From a virus: DNA of 64,000 bases. Of the stretch, positions 29,825 to 39,635 are shown in pieces. Where the stretch lies: positions 13,301 to 77,300 of the IMG/VR virus record IMGVR_UViG_3300010397_000002; one strand, written 5' to 3'. Within the stretch, counting starts at the first letter, position 1. Every line of letters begins with the position of its first letter. The translations under genes were made by a program, and so were the position numbers. The notes under the pieces are model-generated. The model was given only the letters and a program-made list of their open reading frames with translations, searched no databases and was not told where the DNA came from.

Positions 29825-30010
29825 AGTATCCTGAGTGTCCTGATAGTGTCCTGAAGTGTCCTAGGACACTCAAAATACAAGGTCTCTCTCTAGTGTCCTG
29901 CTTGTCCTAGTAGGTATAGGAATACCCTAGGACAGCAGGACACTAGGAGTATGCGGGTAGTAGGACGCTTAAAAAAAATAATATATTTTACTATTTGGTC
30001 AGGACACTAG
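29825..30010. repeat. Iteron/palindrome array, putative replication origin
   Basis: About ten full or partial AGTGTCCT/AGGACACT copies; perfect palindrome AGTGTCCTAGGACACT (29855-29870); 20-bp-arm inverted repeat 29890-29946. Confidence 0.8.
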
Positions 30011-30011
30011 A

Positions 30012-30299
30012 ATGCTATATTTTCGTTCCATGCTAAACGAATCACAACTCAGAATCCTAAACCTACCTAACGTCCAAGAACTCATCAAGGCCCTGGACTG
30101 TGAAGTCCACGACTCAGGGGTTGAAACCAGAAGGAAAGTATCAAACCGTGTCGAAGATATTCTTGGTAAAATTCAGAAGTCAGAAACCAAACCCCGGATT
30201 CTATCGGAAGATGCTCCGGTAAACGACCCGTTCTCAGACAAAGCAGCATGGGTAGAAGCTCAGAAGTCCATTCACGGTGAAGGATGGTCCCCGTTTTAG
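30012..30299 (+). CDS. Hypothetical protein
   Basis: ORF after the repeat array; probable start MLNESQ at 30030. Confidence 0.55.
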   Translation: MLYFRSMLNESQLRILNLPNVQELIKALDCEVHDSGVETRRKVSNRVEDILGKIQKSETKPRILSEDAPVNDPFSDKAAWVEAQKSIHGEGWSPF

Positions 30300-30619
30300 G
30301 AGATCGTTGCTCTAATGGGCTGTATTGAAGCCGAAATATTCTGTAAGGATGGGCGCTTGCGCCACCCGGTACCCCAGGCCCCGGTCGATCGATCATTGGG
30401 CAAGTCGGTTTTTCAGACCCGGGGGCCTCGAAAAAGAAAAAATATTTTTGCAAGCATTATGCTTATTGCTATATTTGAGCGGAAACAAAGCGTTTCTGTT
30501 GTTAGAGAGTAAAACAAACTCTAGTTTAATTGACAACGAGTGCAACAATAGAAAATTTGGCGGTATATGTCTCAAAATCAACACATTATTCCCATTCTGG
30601 TTCTATTTAACATAAGGTA

Positions 30620-31132
30620 ATGGCGCGCCGCGTCGTTAAGCCGATTGGACCATCAAATAATCGCTTAGAGGATTTCTTTTCAAAGAGTACAAGCGAAGTT
30701 CGTATAGCATTAGGTTTAATCTCAAGTATTCGCTTTCGCGATTCTATCTACCAACAATTTAAAATTAATCGGTCTGAGGTTTGGGCGCTTACTTCCTTAG
30801 AATCTTACCTTGCGGTTAACGATAAGGTTATAGTAAGTCAGCAAATGTTTATTGACCATTGTTCTGGCAACTTTCAGCAAAAGCGTAAGATTATGGGTTT
30901 TATGTCTGGTTTGCTGAAGAAAGGTTGTTTAGGCTCTTTCGAGTATGTTAATACCAAGGGTTCATTCTCCGTTGGCATTACAGATTTTGGTTTTACGGTC
31001 ATTAATGCGTATTACAATGATGTTAATGCATTGTTTGGCCGATACATTAAGATGCCAAAGATTAACAATCAAAGATCCATTGATATTACGACCAATATAC
31101 CGATTCGTTACCGCTCTTTAATGTGTGCATAA
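30620..31132 (+). CDS. Hypothetical protein (possible winged-helix)
   Basis: 170 aa with a MarR-like helical pattern. Confidence 0.5.
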   Translation: MARRVVKPIGPSNNRLEDFFSKSTSEVRIALGLISSIRFRDSIYQQFKINRSEVWALTSLESYLAVNDKVIVSQQMFIDHCSGNFQQKRKIMGFMSGLLKKGCLGSFEYVNTKGSFSVGITDFGFTVINAYYNDVNALFGRYIKMPKINNQRSIDITTNIPIRYRSLMCA

Positions 31133-31178
31133 TTTTGCTATTTTGTTCTTAAATAGTTAGTAAACACCATTCCATTCT

Positions 31179-31265
31179 CAAAAACTTTCTAACTCATTAT
31201 CAGCAACTTACATCTTTTTTCTTTAACAGCTATTGACATAGTAATATATATCACTATGTTTACAT
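31179..31265 (+). promoter_or_regulatory. Early promoter module A (IHF-like box + operator + -7 variant)
   Basis: CAAAAACTTT...TATCAGCAACTTA, operator 31238-31257, TATGTTTA. Confidence 0.7.
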
Positions 31266-31293
31266 AACAATTCGAAACAAAACGACTAAAGTT

Positions 31294-31515
31294 ATGCGAA
31301 CCTTAGATAAAATAATTACAAAAGTGAGCACTAAATATGGCGCTCCAATGGGTCGGGTAAATGTTGGTTCATTTCCTGATGATGTAAAAGTATTTGATTC
31401 AGCGGTGCCAATGCGTGGAACTTATGACAAAGGCGGCGCTTATTGGGGTTTAGGTACTCAGTTAAGAGTATCGTACACTAAAGACCTTTCATACATCAAT
31501 TTTTACAGGAAATGA
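31294..31515 (+). CDS. Early hypothetical protein
   Basis: VSTKYGAPMGR...YDKGGAYWG; AAAACGACTAAA upstream. Confidence 0.7.
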   Translation: MRTLDKIITKVSTKYGAPMGRVNVGSFPDDVKVFDSAVPMRGTYDKGGAYWGLGTQLRVSYTKDLSYINFYRK

Positions 31516-31633
31516 AAAAAGCCACCCTTTTAATAATCGGCATATTGACTGTAATAGTTGCGGTTGCTTTATGCCCAAGGCCAATTGCGATGCGATCTTT
31601 AAATGTATTTAAAACGACTAAATAATAACGACT

Positions 31634-31969
31634 ATGAAAACATTAACAAAAGACATGGTAAACTTTTCAATCAATTGTTTATCAGAATACGAGCCAATTA
31701 CTAAGTCTCTTTCATTTGAGACAACCGGTGCAGATCACTCTGAATACATACAAAAAGTACAACTTGACAACGGCGAAAACCCTTGGTTATGGTGTGCGGT
31801 TGAAGTGATTGCAGAGTTCAAAGGTATTCGTGGCGCGGCTTATTTAGGTGGCTGTGCATATGAAGATGAGCAAGGGTTTAAAGTTGGCGGCTATTATGAG
31901 CAAATGATTGATGAGGCTTTCGAGGAATTGAAGTCTAAAGTAGACGAAATAGTTAACGCCTTAAATTAA
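31634..31969 (+). CDS. Early hypothetical protein
   Basis: W.W..VEV.A......YLGGC.Y; AACGACTA motif at the start. Confidence 0.7.
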   Translation: MKTLTKDMVNFSINCLSEYEPITKSLSFETTGADHSEYIQKVQLDNGENPWLWCAVEVIAEFKGIRGAAYLGGCAYEDEQGFKVGGYYEQMIDEAFEELKSKVDEIVNALN

Positions 31970-32242
31970 AAATTTATGATAACCTTTAAACAAATGCCAT
32001 TATGCCCGAAATGTGGGTGTGCTATGGTAGGAGGTGCGCCTCATGGGCCTTGGCCTGTGCAGTATGAATGCCATTCATGCGGTCATATACTGATACCTAA
32101 ATAATCAAGATCATGAAACCCACCGAACAAATCTTATTCTTAACCAAAGACGCTGACATAATTTACGTGCCCTTCATTGGAGCGATTAAAAGCGTACTTG
32201 TTTTTGAGTATGTGAGTGTTAACAATTAAACGACTAAATATT

Positions 32243-32476
32243 ATGGAGATAACAACGGTAATTTTTTATAAAGAAGATGATGGGAGCATATTAGCGGTAT
32301 TCCCATACGAGCACAAAAGGATTCATGAAGTTGAATGTTATTCTTTTATCGGTCAGCATTCCAGTGCGGGTACTGAGTATTGCAACAAACTAAAGAAGGC
32401 AACTAAAAAAGAGTATGCTTCACTTAAAACAGAACTTGAAAGTAAGCCATATAATTACAAATTGAATGTTATTTAA
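32243..32476 (+). CDS. Early hypothetical protein
   Basis: Start MEITTVIF after AAACGACTAAA; AVFP...CY..GQH. Confidence 0.7.
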   Translation: MEITTVIFYKEDDGSILAVFPYEHKRIHEVECYSFIGQHSSAGTEYCNKLKKATKKEYASLKTELESKPYNYKLNVI

Positions 32477-32630
32477 AACATCTTAAAAGATCATGGAACT
32501 AAAAAAAGAAATAACTAGGCTTGCGAAACTAAAAGGCTATCCGCACATAAAATTGTCAGCGTTACAATATCTCGACATTCTTACTCAGGCGCATAAAAAT
32601 ATTTATAAAACCTCTTAAACGACTACTAAA

Positions 32631-33206
32631 ATGAAAACGACTATTAAAAAATCAATCACAATCAAGCAAGCTTTGAAAACTGCAAATGACGGCAAGAATC
32701 AAAGTATCAAACAAAAGTTTGTAGGTCAACATGTTTATTGCAATGTGGGTTCTCTCTGTGAATATGTTGTTAATAAGGGCTTTGAAGATCCAAACGCGCC
32801 TTTTACGTTGGATGATATTGAGAACTATTATTCTTATCCTGAATACAACGGAATTTCCGCAAGCTTTGACGGTGGCAGTGAAGATCAAAGAAATGAAGAA
32901 ATTGAACGTCTACGCGATTTAATTACAGATAATGATCATAAAAAAGAAATGTGTGATACAATTGAATCTGAAATTGAAGAACTTAAAAATCTCGAATCCG
33001 AACCGCAAGAAATATTTGAATGGTGGGCGGTATCTGAGTACTTATATGATAAGCTAAAAGATATGGGTCATTGTGTTGTAGACGCTGGAAGCTGTTACGT
33101 TTGGGGTAGATGCACAACCGGTCAAGCTATTTTACTAGATCATTGTATTAGTCAGATATGTGCTGACATGGGAATATTAGAGGGACAAGCTAACAGTTGG
33201 GCATAA
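32631..33206 (+). CDS. Early conserved phage protein
   Basis: EIFEWWAVS...WGRCTTGQAI.LD. Confidence 0.75.
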   Translation: MKTTIKKSITIKQALKTANDGKNQSIKQKFVGQHVYCNVGSLCEYVVNKGFEDPNAPFTLDDIENYYSYPEYNGISASFDGGSEDQRNEEIERLRDLITDNDHKKEMCDTIESEIEELKNLESEPQEIFEWWAVSEYLYDKLKDMGHCVVDAGSCYVWGRCTTGQAILLDHCISQICADMGILEGQANSWA

Positions 33207-33622
33207 TGAAACATCTATTTGTCCCCTACGAAATTGCAAGGCAATTAAAGGAAAAAGGATTTAATGAACCGTGTTTTTTAGTCTACCATGATAAAAAACT
33301 GGTTGCTATAAAAGATCATGTTTCGTCTAACTTTTTAATTCCAATAACAACAAATAAAGAGTTAGGTGTAAAAACATTTTGTGCCCCACTATACCAACAA
33401 GTAATAAATTGGTTTAGGGATACACACAAAATATACATGAGTATTTTCCCCGACTATAATTCTAAAGATGATTATAAAACATGTTGGGGGTTTAATATTG
33501 TCCAACTTGAATGGGGCGAAGATAAAGAACACCATCTAGCCAGTTATGACCGAGAATATGAGACCTTATACAACGAAGCACTAACCAAAGCAATCGAAGC
33601 AGCACTAAAACTCATCGCTTAA
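33197..33622 (+). CDS. Conserved Bacteroidetes-phage protein
   Basis: FVPYE.A..LKEKGFNEPC; APLYQQV..WFR. Confidence 0.75.
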   Translation: MGIMKHLFVPYEIARQLKEKGFNEPCFLVYHDKKLVAIKDHVSSNFLIPITTNKELGVKTFCAPLYQQVINWFRDTHKIYMSIFPDYNSKDDYKTCWGFNIVQLEWGEDKEHHLASYDREYETLYNEALTKAIEAALKLIA

Positions 33623-33636
33623 TTAACCTAAGCACT

Positions 33637-33675
33637 CCAGACCGGTTTTACTTAGTCGTTTGCCGGTCTGGTTTT
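33637..33675 (+). terminator. Terminator-like hairpin with anti-AAACGACTAA loop
   Basis: CCAGACCGG-TTTTACTTAGTCGTTTG-CCGGTCTGG-TTTT. Confidence 0.8.
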
Positions 33676-33710
33676 ATCTCAAATGACTTTATGCAAACTA
33701 AATTTGGATC

Positions 33711-35126
33711 ATGATACTGCATTACATAAATAACAAATTAATTGGAATTGCTAATGAAAATTTATTCTCGGTTAATCTTTTTGATTATCAGTTATTACAG
33801 CAAGACATCATACAAGAAATAGATAACTCTCGGTGGGTTGATAATCATATCTTAATTATAGATAACAAAAAACGATATGAGTTTACGCATAGAGAAGAAA
33901 AAATTTATCTAGGCGATGAACTTATAAGTAATGATTTTAGAGATTTATTTATATCTCTGATTAATCCTGAAATGTGTAGACTGAAAAACAGATTTAAAAC
34001 ATTTACGGATTAACCATCTTCAAAACCTTTCGGTGTATAGGCCAACCGTTGATTTAACTGCAAACTAAATTTAAAACAATGAAACCAACAACTAAAATCC
34101 TCAAAGTATTCACCACCTATTGGACTAAGCAAAGGTATGCACTAGTTCGTATCAATGGAGTTGGTGTATTTATTAAGCTAAACTTTTTAACTGCAAACTA
34201 ATTATGAAAACAATAGACTTACATAAAAATTACATCCTCATTCATAAATTTCGTTATCCAGATGAGCCCATGAAGCAATGGGTTGTAGAAGATGAAACAT
34301 CAATCGGGCAGTATCACAATGATTGGAATGAGTTGATGGAAGTAGTTGATAAGATTGAATCATTAGGTTATGATTCTGGTATTTGTGGCGTAGTAATTAA
34401 AAACGAAAAACTGACAGAGATACTATTTGCCCCACAAGTCAAAAGTAATACCATAGAGGTTCATACCAGGACAAGAAAATCAAAAATAATGGCTACGTAT
34501 GAAGCTGTTGTTATGTGGATAGAATTACATGGAGAAGAAATCCTTAGAGCAAACTAATTATGAAAACTGAACAACAAGTTTTATTCGAAGCAAAAGCAAT
34601 TTTATTTGGCCTATTAGTTAATAAGTCTGATAGTGAATTAACACTTGTTGAAGCTGAGATTTTAGAGGCTATTTCCAGGGATCACCAAATCCAAGAGAAA
34701 CTTAATCTCCCCAAAGATCAAGCTGAAATTGATCGAAGACTGAAAGAGCGAAACACAATCACAAAGCACAATAGCGAATTTCCTTTACCGCCTTACGAAT
34801 CGTATGAAAAAGAATAGACTCCCGCGCAAACTAAAAAAGAAAATTAAAAATCGTCCAAACTTTTTAATTAAGAAGCTGGCGAAAGAAAACGGGCATCTCA
34901 TTTAATCGACTCAAGAAAAATTATAAAGAACGGAAAGATGACCAACACCGAAAAAATAGACACCTTCTTCCATAAGCTTACAGAGGATGAGAAACATGAG
35001 TTAGTATGTCGAAGTGCAAACAGCCAATGGAATTGGCAAACTAATACTGTGATTTTGGGTTGGAGCTCTATGAAGCATTTAGAAAAATACCAAGAAATGT
35101 TAATCACTAAATATTACAACAAATGA
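33711..35126 (+). CDS. Early small ORFs (33711-34013, 34079-34201, 34204-34557, 34560-34817, 34938-35126)
   Basis: Tandem ORFs; four are preceded by GCAAACTAA. Confidence 0.6.
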
Positions 35127-35833
35127 AAGATGCAATTGGCGACCGAATGAAAAACTACTATGAAGATAGAACAAGATTCTCTCTCATTCGCAGATCATAC
35201 ACGATCATACGCATAGATGGCAAAGCATTTCACACCTACACAAAAGGACTGCAAAGACCTTTCGACGATCAGTTAATAAATGATATGGATCAAACCGCAT
35301 GCTTTCTTTGTAAAAACATTCAAGGTGCTAAGTTTGCATTTGTTCAGTCAGATGAGATTTCAATATTATTAACTGACTTTGAGGAATTAACTACTGATGC
35401 TTGGTTTGATGGTAACATTCAAAAAATGGTTAGTGTATCGGCCAGCTTGGCAACTGCAAGGTTTAATGAATTGCGACCTAGCAAACTAGCTTTTTTTGAT
35501 TCACGCGTATTTCAAATTCCAAGTAAAATTGAGGTAGAAAATTATTTCATTTGGCGCCAACAAGATACTGTTAGAAATAGCATTCAATCTACTGCTCAGT
35601 CAGTGTATTCACACAAAGAACTCGAAAATAAAACCACGGATCAGCAACAAGAGATGATCTTTCAGAAGGGTATAAACTGGAATGATTACGAACCAAAATA
35701 TAAAAGAGGGCGAATTATTCTTAAAGAAAATTATTTGAAAGAATATGCTATTAGAAGTCGTTGGATAAGTTCGGAGGCCCCCACATTCACCAAAGACAGG
35801 GAATTTTTATCAACTAAAATTCCTATCTTATGA
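35123..35833 (+). CDS. tRNA(His) guanylyltransferase Thg1-like 3'-5' polymerase
   Basis: GDRMK.YE, RIDGKAFH, QSDEISI, FDSR, WRQQD..RNS. Confidence 0.93.
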   Translation: MKDAIGDRMKNYYEDRTRFSLIRRSYTIIRIDGKAFHTYTKGLQRPFDDQLINDMDQTACFLCKNIQGAKFAFVQSDEISILLTDFEELTTDAWFDGNIQKMVSVSASLATARFNELRPSKLAFFDSRVFQIPSKIEVENYFIWRQQDTVRNSIQSTAQSVYSHKELENKTTDQQQEMIFQKGINWNDYEPKYKRGRIILKENYLKEYAIRSRWISSEAPTFTKDREFLSTKIPIL

Positions 35834-36417
35834 TCCGAGGCTACGCCCGCGTTTCCACCCAACACCAAGACCTTGGCCGACAGATCCAAGACCTCAATCA
35901 ATACGGTTGTGAGATCATCTACCAAGAGAAGATTTCAGGCAAACTAAATAAGAGACCTGAGCTTGATAGGATGCTTGAAGAGATGCAAGCGGGTGACGTG
36001 ATTGTCATCCATAAGCTGGACCGACTAGGGCGCTCCCTTCAGCATTTGATTGAGCTTGTGAACACGTTCAAGGACCGAGGCGTTGACTTTATATCGCTCA
36101 AAGATAACTTCAACACCACCACCCCACAGGGCAAACTAATTTTCAATATCATGGGCTCCATCGCAGAGTTTGAGAGAGAGCTAATATTAGAGCGAGTGAA
36201 CAGTGGCATAAAGCACACTAAAATCCATGGCACTAAAACAGGACGGGCACATGGTAGGCCAGACAAAAGCAAGGACCCGAAAACTATTGAGGATGTTGTT
36301 AATTTATATCAATCTGATACAGCGATAACGGTTAAAGAAATTTCGGAAAAGATGAAGATTAGCAGACCAACTGTTTATAAAATTTTGAGGCAAAACACCG
36401 AATTAGTCATTCGTTAA
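35830..36417 (+). CDS. Small serine recombinase (resolvase/invertase)
   Basis: GYARVST..Q, KLDRLGRS, AEFERELI.ER, C-terminal HTH. Confidence 0.95.
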   Translation: MIRGYARVSTQHQDLGRQIQDLNQYGCEIIYQEKISGKLNKRPELDRMLEEMQAGDVIVIHKLDRLGRSLQHLIELVNTFKDRGVDFISLKDNFNTTTPQGKLIFNIMGSIAEFERELILERVNSGIKHTKIHGTKTGRAHGRPDKSKDPKTIEDVVNLYQSDTAITVKEISEKMKISRPTVYKILRQNTELVIR

Positions 36418-36418
36418 A

Positions 36419-36505
36419 CAAAAACTTTATACCTAATAATCAGGTATTTAACTAATAATTGTTACATAGTGCATTAGATAGTGATATATATTACTATATT
36501 TGAAC
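36419..36505 (+). promoter_or_regulatory. Early promoter module B (IHF-like box + operator + -7)
   Basis: CAAAAACTTT...AATCAGGTATTTA, operator 36478-36497, TATATTTG; same spacing as module A. Confidence 0.75.
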
Positions 36506-36526
36506 AAGCAAAACAAAAAACTCTTT

Positions 36527-36623
36527 ATGGAAACACATTGATTTGGAGCCAGGGACCTACGAATTTACGATTCAGAACGCATACAATCCTTTCAAGAAAG
36601 TATTTGAAAGAGTGATTGACTAA
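36527..36623 (+). pseudogene. Gene remnant
   Basis: The ATG frame stops after 4 codons; an out-of-frame tail HIDLEPGTYEFTIQNAYNPFKKVFERVID* reads like a protein C-terminus. Confidence 0.45.
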
Positions 36624-36630
36624 AAATACA

Positions 36631-36695
36631 AACTAAGCCCGGGCGCGAGAGTTTTTGAAGAGGGTCTTTTTCTCTCGTTGCCCGCTTAGTTTTTT
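36631..36695 (+). terminator. Long hairpin terminator
   Basis: AACTAAGC-CCGGGCGCGAGAG...CTCTCGTTGCCC-GCTTAGTT-TTTT. Confidence 0.65.
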
Positions 36696-36896
36696 ATCAA
36701 CTAAAATCTAATAATTATGAAAGTAGGCGACATCACCCGCACAGTAATCTCTACCTCTAAAAAACTAAGAGGAGAATCAGAGGTAGTATACAAAACATAC
36801 CTCGGCCAGCACAAAGGCAAGGCTCGGTATAGTTCGAAGACCAAGCATGAGAAGGTTAAAGCGAACTTATAGTATTCTCATTAAATCGATAAATGA

Positions 36897-39635
36897 ATGC
36901 AAAAGACATCTTGGTTAGAATTCTATAATGAAATGATTGTGTTGGATGAAATGCCATATAATGGTATTTGTCCAAACCTATGGAAAAATTATTCACACGA
37001 AATGGAGACTGATCTGATACTTTATATGAAACCGGAAGATACTAGTTACTTTAACTATTGGGCTGACCCTGAATCTAACAAAAAAGAATTCTCGCCTCAG
37101 CGTCAAAACATAGTACTATTAATGGCGGCACTAAATAATGAATTATGAAACACAACATAATCAAAACCGATTCCATACACATTGCTCTTGACTTGATGCA
37201 AAGCGCAGAGGTTAATCTGTCTGTACATTGGAGTTGGAGATATTTTAAATTCATCTATCACATTGAGTTTCTGGCAGCTTAAATATTTCATTATGAAATT
37301 TAAAACTTTTATTAAAGAAACAATGCACTTAAGACGTAGTATGTCGGGTGTTTCCCTTGATTTTGGATGGGGTAATGGATATGTATGTATTCCGAACTGG
37401 CATCCATTTTATGGGCTTGGTTATGATGATATTCACGATATCGCAGAAATAAGCATAAATGGAGGGCTAACATTTTCATCTCACGCAAAAGATATTGCAA
37501 ATTGGCCAGAACTTCCTAAAGATTGTACAGATCATTGGGTCATTGGATTTGATACTGCACATTATCGTGATACCCTTTTGGAATGGCCAATTAATGCTGT
37601 GCAGTTAGCTGCGGATAATTTAGCATTGCAGATATCTTCTTTAAACATCATTGTTTTGTGGTACAGAAGAATCAAGTTGTTGTTTTTAAAATGGATACAT
37701 AATAAAACCGCATGAAAGCACAAACAATCATAACCGTTTTCTCTTGCGTCATTCTCCTTCTGATAGGATTCTTTATAGGCTTTGCCTGGGGTTCATATTC
37801 AAATTATCATCTGGTAGTAGAGCCAGATAAAGGTAGAACAGGATACACTGTGATTGATCATGATAGTGTGGAGTGGAGCGATGGGAAAAGAGAGAAGTAT
37901 AATTGGCATGTGCATACAAGGAAACATAAAGCAAAATAAATTATGAAAAAATTCAAATATCCTCTTGCTATTGAAGGCACAAAAGAACAGTTAGCCAATC
38001 TGGAACCATTGTTAATTTCTTTAGGATACATGATGGTAAATGAATGTAGGCAATATAAACATTCTTCTCCGTGGCTATTAACACGTTTTGGCGTACACCG
38101 TTACCACATAGGATATAATCAAACCCGAGCAAATCATTTAGTAGTCAATGCCTCCAATCCAGACCTTGTATTAGCATTGGCGGCAATGGTTGATGATGGT
38201 GAATTTTATGAAGGTGAGATTGTAAAATATATTGGTAATGATCATAGATGGTGTACGGCTGTTAGTGGAGGACAAGGGAATACATTCATAGTTGATAAAC
38301 AAACAGGCAGAAAGGAATATCTATATGTTAAACCACCTCCAAATGCGATTTGCAATACACCAAATACTTATATTCATCATTTCTGCAAGGCAACAAAAGA
38401 AGAAATTATACAACATTTCACTAAACATACTGATCCCACGGAAAAGAAAATTATTGGATATAAAGTCGTAACAAATATTTTACGATGGGATTACGGAACT
38501 GTCCTAGTAAAACAAAGTACAGGACAATGGGCACCTGAAGGAGCTAGGCCGGGACAAGAATGCGTTAGCAATAATCATTTATTACTTGAAAAAGATCTCT
38601 TTGATCCTGTGTACGAAGAAGAAATAAAGATTATAACTCTCCGTTGTGAAGGAGGAACATTTGAGATTGAGGTGAGTAAGAAAGGGATTTATTATAAACC
38701 GGAGGATGTTTACTTAAGTCTCATTCTATTGAGAAAAGCTATTGATAATAAAATTATGGTTAGTTCTACCAATAAAGACTATTCATTTGTGCCATCACAT
38801 ATAAACTCCGGTTGCAAAAAATCGGTTCCGGTATGTGATTGGGTTAAAGTTCTTGACGCTTACGATGATATAAGCAAATGATCAAACTCCCATCTCTATA
38901 CGCCCTAAAAAAACAACCTCCAACACAAGACATTGTGTATGTCAAAACGGTTAATAAACTTTACCGGTACATTGATGGTGAATGGATTGAGAGAGCATAT
39001 TATACCAATGCTGAGTGTGCGGATATACTAGGGATTAAAGTTGATCGGATGAACCGCATATTCAATAGACTTGGTGTGAATAAGAAATTATACAAGACCG
39101 TAAACTTAAATTACGAACAACTTATTTTGCTTGTGAAGATTTTGAAAATGAAGAAAGAAAATCCTCAGTTGAGGTATAAGGATATAAAACTAAAAATGAA
39201 GTTATAAATATGTTCAACACGACCCACATCCATAATACAAAAGACAGACTAGTTCCTTATGAAAAGACAGTTACTGTTACTGAACATCGGGCGCCAACTG
39301 ATCATTCTGTAGAATTACTGAATGAATTCACTGAGAAGGCGAAGCAAAACATTATTGATACAATTCATATTAAGAACAACGTTATAGAATGCGTTGTTGT
39401 GTATTACTCAGATGATCTTTTGAAGGATAGAATTAATTTCTGGCTTAGATTCAAACTCAACGATAAAGAATATAAGTTAAATGGCGATATCGAAAAAACT
39501 GAATTAATGGAAGTTCACTCTGCGCATGGACTCAGAGTTCAAAAAGTTTTTGATCTTTTAGTAAAAAAGTATTCAGAGATAATAGCTATTGAAATACTCA
39601 AACAAACTCCACAATCACATCAAATATTCTCATGA
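36897..39635 (+). CDS. Hypothetical ORFs (36897-37148, 37263-37715, 37712-37939, 37943-38881, 38878-39207, 39210-39635)
   Basis: Coupled ORFs. 37263 has the common phage GYV.IP..HP..G...GGLTF...GFDTAH pattern; 38878 has an HTH-like segment. Confidence 0.65.

Noticed and set aside
29165-30010. AGTGTCCT repeats as a CRISPR array
   Set aside because: Units are 8-10 bp, in mixed orientation, with no unique 30-40 bp spacers.
31279-34562. Start-proximal motifs as CRISPR repeats or integron attC sites
   Set aside because: Too short, separated by whole genes, and no palindromic attC structure.
34826-36140. Extra GCAAACTAA matches at 34826, 35939 and 36131
   Set aside because: Inside coding sequence (RKL/GKL codons), not near start codons.
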